DNA of 64,000 nucleotides from Planctomycetaceae bacterium UBA2972 (GTDB lineage Bacteria; Planctomycetota; Planctomycetia; Pirellulales; Pirellulaceae): positions 15,211-79,210 of the forward strand of contig DEAW01000136.1 in the NCBI GenBank assembly GCA_002348315.1, given 5' to 3'. The position numbers and the translations under genes were made by a program. A model generated the notes under the pieces. That model saw only the letters and a list, made by a program, of their open reading frames with translations, had not been told where the DNA came from and ran no database searches. Shown here piece after piece: positions 19,025-28,279 of this stretch. Each line of letters opens with the position of its first letter. The stretch's first letter is position 1.

Positions 19025-19189
19025 TTAGCGGGGTTTGTTGGGACGTTGATTTTCAACATCATGGAAATACCAGGTCGCCTCCTGCTCAAGCTCCTGCTTG
19101 AACTCAACCCATTGACAATATTCATGCCACTGACGATTCCAGAAAACTAATGCATCCTGAGGGATTTCATTGATTACAACTTCGCTCAT
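19025..19189 (-). CDS. Small hypothetical protein (54 aa), not in the supplied ORF track
   Basis: Reverse-strand ATG at 19189 is preceded by AAGGAG 8 nt upstream (GTAAAAAGGAGTTTTACAATG). It translates to MSEVVINEIPQDALVFWNRQWHEYCQWVEFKQELEQEATWYFHDVENQRPNKPR with stop TAA at 19025..19027. It falls below the track's 60-aa cut-off. I recognise no homology. Confidence 0.5.
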   Translation of the reverse strand: MSEVVINEIPQDALVFWNRQWHEYCQWVEFKQELEQEATWYFHDVENQRPNKPR

Positions 19190-19234
19190 TGTAAAACTCC
19201 TTTTTACAACTAAACCAAAAACGTATTGAGGTAA

Positions 19235-19261
19235 CAGTAAAAGCTAATCCAGTAAAAGCTA
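19235..19261. repeat. Direct repeat, 2 x CAGTAAAAGCTA with a 15-nt period
   Basis: cagtaaaagcta occurs at 19235..19246 and again at 19250..19261. A third AAGCTA follows at ~19271. The repeats lie 46-72 nt upstream of the small ORF start in an AT-rich spacer. Confidence 0.6.
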
Positions 19262-19468
19262 TACGGCTGGAAGCTAGTTAGCCTTGTATTTTGAACAATC
19301 AAAACTGTGTTACAAATATGATCGTGATCAGTCGTGACACGTTTGGTCACAGCGTTGTATGTAATACGCAAAAAGATGGAAAAAAGTTCAGAATCTTCTT
19401 ACGCAAGAACCAAAGAATAAACTCGCCGTTGTCCCCTTCGGACCTTGAGAAAGTCAGAAGAAATAAGT

Positions 19469-19945
19469 TTAAAAGCTTAATTCTGTTCCCTGCGATTCTA
19501 GCTCACGCACTTCTGCGGGATTAATGCTGCGAGCAGTTTCGAACCCTTTTGATGTCAGCGAGAATTCGCCGCCCACTTGGTGCATGACTAAACCAGCATC
19601 GCACAACTGACGAAATCCATCTAGAAAACGAACGGTAATCTCAGGTTCAGTACGACTACGAAACATGACATGCAGATCGGCAGAACGCTCGACATAGACA
19701 GCGAGCATTCGCTGAGAGGATTCAAATTCCGTGTTGTTGCTCTTTAACTCAATAACGCCTCGATTACGAGTGATAGAGAGGATTACTTTGGCTTCAGCTG
19801 ATAAAGCAACTTCAGCTGTTGGCGGACTGACTAGACGGTCTGAGGCTAACTGTGCCAGAGCTGCCAAAGTGGGGACACTATGAATCAAGTCCTTCCAAAG
19901 GTTGGCTTGGCCCGTGGCACTGGCGATAAAGGGAGGCAGATTCAT
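19469..19945 (-). CDS. Hypothetical protein (158 aa), possible C-terminal winged-helix-like segment
   Basis: ORF with no family I recognise. The segment FLDGFRQLCDAGLVMHQVGGEFSLTSKGFETAR resembles the recognition-helix/wing of wHTH regulators, which is weak evidence. Confidence 0.55.
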   Translation of the reverse strand: MNLPPFIASATGQANLWKDLIHSVPTLAALAQLASDRLVSPPTAEVALSAEAKVILSITRNRGVIELKSNNTEFESSQRMLAVYVERSADLHVMFRSRTEPEITVRFLDGFRQLCDAGLVMHQVGGEFSLTSKGFETARSINPAEVRELESQGTELSF

Positions 19946-19982
19946 TGTGACAATTGAGTTTCAGTCGATCCTGGAAAAGTAG

Positions 19983-20402
19983 TTACAGCTGTCGATTGAT
20001 GACAAACCCACCACCTAAGTTATAGATGAGTAGAACCAATACGATATTCAGGCAAATCCACAGGAGCCCGGCAACGAGCGTAAATAAAAGTGCTTGCCAG
20101 AATGTCATTTTGAAGCTGATTTTTGCTAATACCAGAATACCCAGCAAACTGTAGAGTCCATAGCCAAAATATGCTGCGTAGCTGTAGATCGCCGTGAGTG
20201 TCCAACTTCTTATATAAAGTTGGAAATTATTTAAAATCAAATCAGGGTTATTATTCTGATTTATACGGCAAATAGAGGCGATTGCTAAAACGAACAATGC
20301 CGTGATGCTGATAAGGGTTGCCACAAATAGAAAGACTGCAATCATATAAGTAGTTGTACTTATAGATTCAATGGACATCAATCTACCACTCCCTTCCCGC
20401 AT
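19983..20402 (-). CDS. Hypothetical small membrane protein (about 4 TM segments)
   Basis: 139-aa ORF with hydrophobic stretches YMIAVFLFVATLISITALFVLAIA, WTLTAIYSYAAYFGYGLYSLLGILVLA and FWQALLFTLVAGLLWICLNIVLVLLIY. It is AT-rich relative to its neighbours and lies 37 nt upstream of 19945. Confidence 0.6.
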   Translation of the reverse strand: MREGSGRLMSIESISTTTYMIAVFLFVATLISITALFVLAIASICRINQNNNPDLILNNFQLYIRSWTLTAIYSYAAYFGYGLYSLLGILVLAKISFKMTFWQALLFTLVAGLLWICLNIVLVLLIYNLGGGFVINRQL

Positions 20403-20582
20403 GATGCTTGCGCCCCGCCTCGGGAGATGGAATTACCCCCGTAATCCGTACAACCGGATCTCGACTGACTGAGATTTGAGATTGCTCTGAAAAAAGAGAC
20501 TTTTGACTACAGAAGTAACCTAAGTTTCATTCACAGCCATTGAGCGCTCACATATTGAGAGAGAGAAGATAGGAAAAACTTC

Positions 20583-22058
20583 GTGATTCAAGCAACCACC
20601 ACCGACGTATTTGAAGAAGATTCCCAGGCCGAAGTCAATGTAATTGGCAAACGCAAGGAACCAGCCCCTCGCAAGGAATCCCGCAACATTACGGATGATC
20701 CGATTCGTATGTACCTGATGCAGATGGGTGAAATTCCATTGCTGACACGCGAAGAAGAGCTGTGTTACGCGAAGCAAATCGAAGCCACTCGATATCACTA
20801 TCGTAAAACCATGCTGGCAACGAACTACATGTTGCAGGCTGCCGTATCGATGCTGGACAAAGTACTCCACGGAAAACTGCGGTTGGATCGAACCATCGAA
20901 GTTTCGGTGACCAATGCCTCAGGAAAAGAAGCCGTACTGAAACGACTGGGTCCCAATCTGGAGACGATTCAGGAGTTATTGAAACTCAATCGACGCGACT
21001 TTAGTGAAGCGATCTACAAGAAGAATTCCAAGAAGAAGCGTCACGCGGCCTGGCGTCGGATGGTCATTCGTCGCAATAAAGCTGTTCGTTTAATCGAAGA
21101 GATGAATTTGCGAACAAACAAATTACAACCCGCATTCAAAGAATTATGCAAGATCCGGGAACGAATGGTCTCGCTGAAGCAACAACTGCGGGAAGTCGAA
21201 GAAGGTAAAGCAGATTCCTGGACCGATTCAGACGCATTGAAAACAGAACTTGTACATCTGATTAAAGTGACTCAGGAAAGTACGAATACGTTGACTCGCC
21301 GAGTCGATAATACGATTCTTTATCGAGATGCATATGACGAAGCCAAACGAAAACTATCAGCCGGAAACCTGCGACTGGTTGTTTCGATTGCTAAGAAATA
21401 CCGAAATCGCGGCCTGACATTCCTCGATCTCATCCAGGAAGGAAACACCGGCCTGATGCGAGCTGTGGAAAAATTCGAACATCAACGCGGCTATAAATTC
21501 TCGACCTATGCAACCTGGTGGATTCGCCAGGCGATTACCCGAGCGGTCGCTGATCAAAGCCGAACCATTCGTGTCCCTGTACACATGGTGGAGGTGATGA
21601 CTCGAGTGCGAAACCTTAGTCAGGAGCTGGTACAAATCCTGGGACGTGATCCCACTCCGGAAGAAGTTGCCGAGCACGGTAAAATGGAACTGAGCGACGC
21701 TCAATGTATTTTGATGATGCTCAAGCAACCCCTGTCGCTTGATCAAACCGTCGGTGACAGCGATGAAAACGAATTCGGTGATTTTATCAACGACCATCGT
21801 GAATTCGATCCACTGGCACGAGCTAACCATGATGCCTTGACGACGGAATTATCCGACGCGATGGAAGTTCTGAGTTGGCGTGAACGTGAGATTCTTAAGC
21901 TGCGATACGGTTTAGGTGATGGGTATTGCTACACTCTGGAAGAAGTCGGACGTATTTTCCAGGTGACGCGAGAGCGTATTCGTCAAATCGAAAACAAAGC
22001 AGTGCAGAAACTGCAGCAACCGTTCCGCTCGAAAAAGCTCAAATCGTTCCTCGACTAA
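20583..22058 (+). CDS. rpoD: RNA polymerase sigma-70 factor, RpoD family
   Basis: Region 1.2: [21 protein letters not shown]. Regions 2.1-2.4: [60 protein letters not shown]. Region 3: [10 protein letters not shown]. Region 4.2: [28 protein letters not shown]. The GTG start is preceded by the purine tract gagagagagaagataggaaaaa. Only ~38 aa precede region 1.2, so group 1 versus group 2 is not settled. Confidence 0.85.
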   Translation: MIQATTTDVFEEDSQAEVNVIGKRKEPAPRKESRNITDDPIRMYLMQMGEIPLLTREEELCYAKQIEATRYHYRKTMLATNYMLQAAVSMLDKVLHGKLRLDRTIEVSVTNASGKEAVLKRLGPNLETIQELLKLNRRDFSEAIYKKNSKKKRHAAWRRMVIRRNKAVRLIEEMNLRTNKLQPAFKELCKIRERMVSLKQQLREVEEGKADSWTDSDALKTELVHLIKVTQESTNTLTRRVDNTILYRDAYDEAKRKLSAGNLRLVVSIAKKYRNRGLTFLDLIQEGNTGLMRAVEKFEHQRGYKFSTYATWWIRQAITRAVADQSRTIRVPVHMVEVMTRVRNLSQELVQILGRDPTPEEVAEHGKMELSDAQCILMMLKQPLSLDQTVGDSDENEFGDFINDHREFDPLARANHDALTTELSDAMEVLSWREREILKLRYGLGDGYCYTLEEVGRIFQVTRERIRQIENKAVQKLQQPFRSKKLKSFLD

Positions 22059-22100
22059 TCTTTGGTCAGGCAACATTCACGAGCAATCAAAGAACGTTAG

Positions 22101-22139
22101 AATGGATGGAAGTTGAAACAGACTTCCATCCATTTTTTT
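22101..22139 (+). terminator. Rho-independent terminator of the sigma factor gene
   Basis: Perfect 13-bp stem aatggatggaagt / acttccatccatt with an 8-nt loop (tgaaacag), running into a T7 tract (22133..22139). It begins 43 nt after the rpoD stop at 22056..22058. Confidence 0.85.
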
Positions 22140-22148
22140 GTGGTCGCT

Positions 22149-23720
22149 ATGAATCGTCTTTTCCTATTCGCCCTGCTCGCTTTCAATGCAACGCTCACCA
22201 GTGTTGCTCATGCCAAAGAACGCCCCAATATCCTCTTCATTTTTAGTGATGACCAATCGCACCGGACTGTCAGTTGCTACGATCAGGCCTACGATTGGGT
22301 AAAGACTCCCCATATTGATCAACTGGCTTCCACCGGAGTCAGATTCAAACAGGCCTATATTGGTACATGGTGCATGCCATCACGAGCAACCCAGCTTACC
22401 GGTTACCATCAGTTTGGTGTCGAGTCGATGCGGATGGAGGGAGAGTACCCCGGGAGTGCTTACGATCCTCAACAAGTCCCCTTCTGGCCTAGTGTCTTTC
22501 GTCGTCACGGTTATACGACCGCTCAAATAGGAAAATGGCACACCGGAGTGGATAATGGCTTTGGAAGAGATTGGGATTATCAAGCCGTTTGGAATCGCCC
22601 GGCGCATCCCGATAACGCAGGCAATTATTTCGATGATCAGATTATTGAAGTCAACGGTAAGAGTACACGAATCCAGGGGTACACGACCGATTGGTATACC
22701 GAACGTGCGGCTCAGTTTATTCGTGGAGAACTTGGTGGAGCAAATGATCAATCGTTAGCAACGGAAGATGATCCGTGGTACCTATGGCTTTGCTTCGGCG
22801 CGGTTCATGGCCCCTTTACTCCGGCTCAACGCCATTTTGATGCCTATCCGGATGCTCAGGTACCGATTCCGGAAGACATCTTCATGGGGGACAACCGGGC
22901 GGATAAACCTAAATACGTTCAGATACGTGATCGTTGGGCATTAGATAAAGATGGAGTGCCTGAATTAAAATCCGGAGTCCAGCAACGTACCGTGAAGAAC
23001 GCTCCGATTCACGGAAACACGTTGCAAGATTGGGTACGCCAGTATCAACAGGGAGTCCTGGCAATCGATGATGCCGTCGGTAAATTAGTGGCAACTCTGA
23101 AAGAGACCGGACAATATGAGAATACCCTGATTGTCTTTGCTTCGGATCAGGGAATCGCCTGGGGACAAAAAGGGTTTCAGCAAAAGATTGCTCCCTATGA
23201 TGCCAACATCCGCGGGCCTCTCATTATGAGTTACCCGGGTAAAATTGAAGCCGGAGGCGTGGTGGATGCTGCAGTTTCCGGAGTGGATTTACCACCAACA
23301 TTCTTTCACTATGCCGGACTTCCTCTGCCCTGGAAAATGCACGGACACAACCTCGCTCCCGTTCTTAAAAACTCAGACCGAAAATGGCGTCATCCCACAC
23401 TAACGGTCATGACCGGACAGAATTATGGCAACGCCACCAATGTGATTCCGACGGACGAGTCCATCCTGTTGGCGACCGCCAAAGTGCCCTGGTGGATTTC
23501 ACTGGCCGATGGAGATTTCAAGTACATCCGGACACTTGTCGAAGGTGAGGTTGAAGAACTTTATGATCTGAAATCGGACCCTGAAGAACTCGTCAATCTG
23601 GCCTTCAAACCAGCATATCTGAATAAACTCCGACAAATGCGGGCTGCTACGATTGCGGAACTTAGAAGAACGAATGCGGGAATGGTGGAAAACCTCCCGG
23701 CTTTTTCGACTCCCAGATAA
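22149..23720 (+). CDS. Secreted sulfatase
   Basis: ATG 22149 gives MNRLFLFALLAFNATLTSVAHA. It has PNILFIFSDDQSH, C-M-P-S-R + ATQLTG, and ASDQG. The track's TTG start at 22113 lies inside the terminator hairpin and is rejected. Confidence 0.9.
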   Translation: MNRLFLFALLAFNATLTSVAHAKERPNILFIFSDDQSHRTVSCYDQAYDWVKTPHIDQLASTGVRFKQAYIGTWCMPSRATQLTGYHQFGVESMRMEGEYPGSAYDPQQVPFWPSVFRRHGYTTAQIGKWHTGVDNGFGRDWDYQAVWNRPAHPDNAGNYFDDQIIEVNGKSTRIQGYTTDWYTERAAQFIRGELGGANDQSLATEDDPWYLWLCFGAVHGPFTPAQRHFDAYPDAQVPIPEDIFMGDNRADKPKYVQIRDRWALDKDGVPELKSGVQQRTVKNAPIHGNTLQDWVRQYQQGVLAIDDAVGKLVATLKETGQYENTLIVFASDQGIAWGQKGFQQKIAPYDANIRGPLIMSYPGKIEAGGVVDAAVSGVDLPPTFFHYAGLPLPWKMHGHNLAPVLKNSDRKWRHPTLTVMTGQNYGNATNVIPTDESILLATAKVPWWISLADGDFKYIRTLVEGEVEELYDLKSDPEELVNLAFKPAYLNKLRQMRAATIAELRRTNAGMVENLPAFSTPR

Positions 23721-23742
23721 TCAACCAGCAGACCCCCCTTCG

Positions 23743-24591
23743 ATGATGCAAGATCCGTGGCAAAAGGAGATTGACGAAAACCTGATGGCATGGGAAGCGA
23801 TCGCAGCTATGCATGCCCGGGGAAGTGGAGCCGAGTTCTATCGAGTAGAGCAATTCCTGAATGGAGAATGCCGATTAAGCCCGTAGGAATTAGAAGATCT
23901 TGGCCCTGTAGCCGGACTCTCATTACTGCACCTTCAATTCCCTATTGGAATTGATACACTTAGCTGGGCACGCCACGGGGCCACGGTGACCGGACTGGAC
24001 TTTTCTCCTGCGGCCATCCGGGAAGCTAATCAATTCGCCCGCCAACTGGGAATTGATGACGCCACCTTTATGGTTTTCAGGCTGGATGATGCTCGTGAAA
24101 CTCTGGGCGACCAGAAATTTGACGTTGTTTATATCGGCAGAGGCGCATTGTGTTGGTTACGGGATCTAACCAGGTGGGCGTCACTTTGTGCCAGTCTTCT
24201 CAAGCCTGGTGGAGTTCTGTACCTGGAGGAAGTACATCAGGTACGAAGTATGCTGGAAGTGGTCGAGCAGTCAGGACATAAGACGTTGCAGCCTCAATAC
24301 AATCCGTTTAGCCGGGATGTCGTCTCGGATACGGCATCCGGTTCGTACGCAGATCACGACGCAGATACCGGAACCTTTGCTTATCACTGCTGGGAATACA
24401 CATTCTCCGACATCCTTTATCCACTCATTTCCGAAGGCTTATAAATCGAATTGATTCATGAAGGCGAAGAGGGCTTTTATCGCGCCCAGGAAGGACTCAT
24501 GGAACCGATTTCCGAGCACCATTGGAAACTGAAGCCCGAGTATGTTCCCATTCCAATGTCGTTCACATTAAAAGCCCGGCTACCAAAATAA
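23743..24591 (+). pseudogene. Class I SAM-dependent methyltransferase pseudogene with two in-frame nonsense codons
   Basis: A single reading frame of 283 codons (849 nt, including the terminal TAA) is interrupted by TAG at 23884..23886 and TAA at 24442..24444, with no frameshift. The translation reads ...EFYRVEQFLNGECRLSP*ELEDLGPVAGLSLLHLQFPIGIDTLSWARHGATVTGLDFSPAAI...LISEGL*IELIHEGEE...VPIPMSFTLKARLPK. The SAM-binding motif I region (VTGLDFS) lies after the first stop. Confidence 0.75.
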
Positions 24592-24627
24592 AAATGCCGA
24601 ATGAAAATTTGCTCTCCGGCAAAAGTG

Positions 24628-25011
24628 CTATTCGTTAACCGCTTCGACCATACTCTGTTTAGAAGTAAGCTTTCCGACGACGAGAAAAATGACCGGAGTA
24701 ATGTAAAGCCAATAGGTAGCAGCTTGTTGAGGAGCCTCTAAATACCGGGAGGTAAGTCCCATCGCCAGTAAGATCAAGACCGAGCCAGTGGCAAACCAGG
24801 GGTAATACATCCGAGCTTTGATGAACACGCGGCCAATTAGCTCAGCGACGTGCATGGCGATCACGACCAGAATAATTACTACCCAAAACAAAACAATTTG
24901 CTGCATACCCTGAATGTTGTAAAACCAGTGGTCGAAATTTTCACGAGTGAATAGCCCCAGTAGTGTCATGATCGGAATGGAAGCAACAATCGTTGGGAGC
25001 AGAAACTGCAT
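24628..25011 (-). CDS. Hypothetical small membrane protein (about 4 TM segments)
   Basis: 127-aa ORF with hydrophobic segments LLPTIVASIPIMTLLGLF, IVLFWVVIILVVIAMHV, FATGSVLILLAMGL and WLYITPVIFLVVG. I recognise no family. Confidence 0.55.
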   Translation of the reverse strand: MQFLLPTIVASIPIMTLLGLFTRENFDHWFYNIQGMQQIVLFWVVIILVVIAMHVAELIGRVFIKARMYYPWFATGSVLILLAMGLTSRYLEAPQQAATYWLYITPVIFLVVGKLTSKQSMVEAVNE

Positions 25012-25184
25012 CGCAGGATTCTTTATTTTGGATTCACAGCAGGTCGTACCATTAAGTTCGGTTTATAGTACAGTTAGCTCGAGTTGCGGTCTGTCCTTAC
25101 TTTTGGGACAGGTTTGCCACGGTTTGTAACGAATTTGCTACATTCAATTAAGATTCGAAAGTAATTCTGTCGTTCAGGTGTCCA

Positions 25185-26603
25185 GTGCGTCGTTTATTGT
25201 CCGTAACCTGCTCTATGTTGAGCCTCTTTATCAGCACGCTTGCTCTGGCTGCTGACTCCCCCAACGTATTGCTGATCTGCGTGGATGACTTACGTCCTGA
25301 GCTACGTAGTTTTGGCGCCGACTACATTCATTCGCCAAATATTGACGAATTGGCATCTCAAGGCCGCGCCTTTCGTCATCACTTTGTCCAGGCTCCAACC
25401 TGTGGAGCCTCCAGGTATACACTACTCACCGGTTTATACGGACCGCCAGGAAATGGAGCCCTGTTTCAACGCGCAGGACGCGTGCAAGCTAATCCGGGCA
25501 GTATTACACCGAGCATGCCGGCCTGGTTCAGGCAACATGGCTATACCACTGTATCTGTAGGAAAGGTTTCTCATCATCCGGGAGGTCGAGGTGGATCGGA
25601 TTGGAATTCGAAAGAATCGATTGAGATGCCCAATAGTTGGGACCGACATTTACTGCCTGCTGGCGACTGGCAACATCCGCGGGGCTGGATGCACGGATTA
25701 GCACACGGGGAAATCCGTAAAAATGCCAGGGAAATGGACGTGTTACAGGCTTCACCGGGAGGAGATGAAATCTATCCGGATGGGATTTCGATCGACGAAG
25801 CACTGACGCAAATGTCCAGCTTGTCTCAAGGCGACAAACCGTTCTTTTTGGCAGTCGGCATACTTCGACCTCATCTTCCGTTCGGAGCTCCCAGGAAATA
25901 CCACGACCTCTATGCTCAGACAGAGCTGCCACCAACCCCTCATCCTCAAAAGCCCGACGGTCGTACGACCTGGCATGGATCAGGTGAATTCATGAAATAC
26001 AATCGTTGGGGACGTAATCCTAATGCCGATGCCGATTTTGCAATCGACGTTCGTAAAGCATATGCCGGCTGTGTAAGCTATGCCGATGCTCAAGTCGGTA
26101 AATTGCTTGCCCGCTTAGATCAGCTTGGTGAGCGAGAGAATACAATTATCGTGCTGTGGGGAGATCACGGCTGGCACTTAGGTGAACATGCTATCTGGGG
26201 CAAGCATGCGTTGTTTGAAGAATCTCTGCATTCGCCCCTAATTATCAGTTTTCCCGAAATGAAACATCCCGGGAAACAAACTCATTCTATGGTGGAGACA
26301 TTGGATATCTTCCCAACGCTTTGTGACTTGGCTGGATTGGATACTCCCGGGCAACTCGATGGGGTCTCATTGGTACACGTTTTAGAGAACCCATCGGCTG
26401 CCGGCCATACAGCCATTGGGTATTCAGGCCGAGCGCGAACAATTCGAACGCAATCACATCGGCTGATCCTTCATCGAGATGGCTACGCGGAATTGTATGA
26501 TCATTCGAGCTCTGCCGGTGAAACGAAAAATGTTGCCGGCGAAAATGCCACATTAGTCGCTGAGCTTTCCAAACAGTTAAAACAGCGACTTGGAGAGGAA
26601 TAA
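25185..26603 (+). CDS. Secreted sulfatase (iduronate-2-sulfatase-like)
   Basis: The GTG start gives [22 protein letters not shown]. It has [18 protein letters not shown] + YTLLTG, and [12 protein letters not shown]. Confidence 0.9.
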   Translation: MRRLLSVTCSMLSLFISTLALAADSPNVLLICVDDLRPELRSFGADYIHSPNIDELASQGRAFRHHFVQAPTCGASRYTLLTGLYGPPGNGALFQRAGRVQANPGSITPSMPAWFRQHGYTTVSVGKVSHHPGGRGGSDWNSKESIEMPNSWDRHLLPAGDWQHPRGWMHGLAHGEIRKNAREMDVLQASPGGDEIYPDGISIDEALTQMSSLSQGDKPFFLAVGILRPHLPFGAPRKYHDLYAQTELPPTPHPQKPDGRTTWHGSGEFMKYNRWGRNPNADADFAIDVRKAYAGCVSYADAQVGKLLARLDQLGERENTIIVLWGDHGWHLGEHAIWGKHALFEESLHSPLIISFPEMKHPGKQTHSMVETLDIFPTLCDLAGLDTPGQLDGVSLVHVLENPSAAGHTAIGYSGRARTIRTQSHRLILHRDGYAELYDHSSSAGETKNVAGENATLVAELSKQLKQRLGEE

Positions 26604-26610
26604 TCCGGAG

Positions 26611-27366
26611 ATGGTGATTACATCTGAAGATTTGATTCGATTTCAACAGGATGGTTTTGTCGTGTTGAGAAAGTATCTTAACGCTGACGAAGTCGCTGAA
26701 ATGCTGAAGCAGGTTCAACGATTCGTTGACGATGTCATTCCAACACTCTCGGCCGAAGAAGCATTTTACGAAGAGAAATCACGACCAGAGACTTTGAAGC
26801 AAATTCATCGAATGTGTGAGCATGACTCGTTCTTCGCTGACCAAATGACCGGAGATCGTTTTCGTCCTTTGGCTGAGTCTCTGTTACAGACGGAGGTAGT
26901 CGTCAAGAATATGCAGTTCTTTAATAAGCCTCCGGAGATCGGCAAGCCAACACCACCTCATCAGGACGGATATTACTTTATGTTGGAACCGAATGAAGCG
27001 TTGACGATGTGGCTGGCCCTGGATGATGTCGATGAAGAGAATGGTTGTGTGCGGTATCTGGCCGGTTCTCATTTGTCAGGTATGCGACCTCATGGGAAAT
27101 CCGGTACGTTAGGCTTCTCTCAGGGAATCCAAAACTACAACGAAACTGACCTGAAAAACGAGACGGCTATTCATGCGGAGCCGGGCGACCTCATCATCCA
27201 TCACTCAATGACCATTCATCGAGCCAATGGTAATCAGTCTAACACTCGTCACCGACGAGCCATGGGAATGGTTTACTACTCAGCCGCAGCGCAGGTCGCA
27301 TCAGAAAAAGTGGCCGAGTATCAACGGAGTCTGGTTGAAGAGCTAACGGCCAAAGGCGATATCTAA
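26611..27366 (+). CDS. Phytanoyl-CoA dioxygenase (PhyH) family Fe(II)/2-oxoglutarate-dependent oxygenase
   Basis: ATG 26611 lies 7 nt after the sulfatase stop and ggag immediately precedes it. PPHQDGYYF provides the H-x-D facial-triad motif, and IHHSMTIHRANGN provides the distal His and Arg. Confidence 0.8.
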   Translation: MVITSEDLIRFQQDGFVVLRKYLNADEVAEMLKQVQRFVDDVIPTLSAEEAFYEEKSRPETLKQIHRMCEHDSFFADQMTGDRFRPLAESLLQTEVVVKNMQFFNKPPEIGKPTPPHQDGYYFMLEPNEALTMWLALDDVDEENGCVRYLAGSHLSGMRPHGKSGTLGFSQGIQNYNETDLKNETAIHAEPGDLIIHHSMTIHRANGNQSNTRHRRAMGMVYYSAAAQVASEKVAEYQRSLVEELTAKGDI

Positions 27367-27382
27367 ATCATTCTCTTTTTCG

Positions 27383-28279
27383 TTAGCTGGATAAGTTAGT
27401 GATGGCAGCTTCGATGAGTTTTTTGGAAGCTAGTACACCTGGCACAGGTTTGAGTTTACTCCCTTCCCATTCGATGGTCAGGAATCCGCGATAGTCACCC
27501 TCATCGATGATCTTCAACAGGCGGTTGTAGTCAAAATGTGGTTGTTTGCCGTTTTCGTCAAAGCTGTGCATCTTGCAACTAATGGTTGCGGTATAGGGCA
27601 TCATTGCTGCTGTGCCGTCGTATACATTATTAACCTGTTTTCCAAAGTCCGGCATCAATCTAACCGCGGGATGATTGAGTTGTTTGCACACCTCAGCTAA
27701 AAACGCTCCTCGTTGACTGAGTTTGGACGCCCCCGGTTCGATGACGATCGTGACATCCTTTTCGGCAGCGGTATCAGCTAGTGGTTTCAGAGCCTCAACA
27801 CTGGCTTCGACTCCCACCCGCTTGTCATCTCCCGGAGCTCGCAGGAAGACTCGTAAATATTGAACTCCTAATGCAGCCGACCGGTCAATCGACGGGAGTA
27901 GTTTTTGACGACTGGATTGAGCGTTTTCCGGTTTGGCATCCAGTGCACCGGTCATCAAGAGAAACAACCGGGTTCCGGCATCAACACTGCGTTGTCGTAG
28001 TTTCGCCAAATAGGATCTGTCGTCCAGTTTGTCTGCTGGCAATCCGCCTTCCCATAAGTCAATCGCCTTAATGCCGAAGGTGTCGACGGTAAATTGAGCG
28101 AAATCCAGGGGATCAAGTGAGCCATCTTTGAACATCGCTCGTAGAGAATATTGACTTAGACCAATCTCGTATTTTGGAGTATCCAGTGTCGCTTCTGCCT
28201 GCAGCAATCCGGCAAATGCAGGAGAAGCGAGAGCCAACGAGCCGGAACGTGTGAGAAACTGACGACGTGAATGATTCAT
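27383..28279 (-). CDS. Tat-exported sugar phosphate isomerase/epimerase-like (xylose isomerase-like TIM barrel) protein
   Basis: Twin-arginine leader is MNHSRRQFLTRSGSLALASPAFA. The TIM-barrel pattern shows in VQYLRVFL, VTIVIEPG, DFGK and FLTIEWEG. Confidence 0.75.
   Translation of the reverse strand: MNHSRRQFLTRSGSLALASPAFAGLLQAEATLDTPKYEIGLSQYSLRAMFKDGSLDPLDFAQFTVDTFGIKAIDLWEGGLPADKLDDRSYLAKLRQRSVDAGTRLFLLMTGALDAKPENAQSSRQKLLPSIDRSAALGVQYLRVFLRAPGDDKRVGVEASVEALKPLADTAAEKDVTIVIEPGASKLSQRGAFLAEVCKQLNHPAVRLMPDFGKQVNNVYDGTAAMMPYTATISCKMHSFDENGKQPHFDYNRLLKIIDEGDYRGFLTIEWEGSKLKPVPGVLASKKLIEAAITNLSS

Noticed and set aside
19291-19524. 77-aa + strand ORF in the AT-rich spacer
   Set aside because: It overlaps the 3' end of the better-supported minus-strand ORF 19469..19945. 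It has a low-complexity Lys/Asn-rich translation expected from AT-rich DNA, and no SD.
22113-22148. TTG start given by the ORF track for the sulfatase (MKQTSIHFFVVA...)
   Set aside because: Codons 1-9 would lie inside the rpoD terminator stem-loop and T-tract. ATG 22149 yields a normal signal peptide.
23884-24444. Programmed stop-codon read-through or recoding of the methyltransferase (for example pyrrolysine at TAG)
   Set aside because: Two different stop codons (TAG and TAA) are involved. I see no recoding element. A pseudogene or sequence error is the simpler explanation.
25091-25111. Hairpin ctgtcc-ttacttttg-ggacag followed by gttt
   Set aside because: It looks terminator-like, but it lies in a divergent promoter region with no co-directional gene ending upstream. 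The stem is only 6 bp. I do not call it a terminator.
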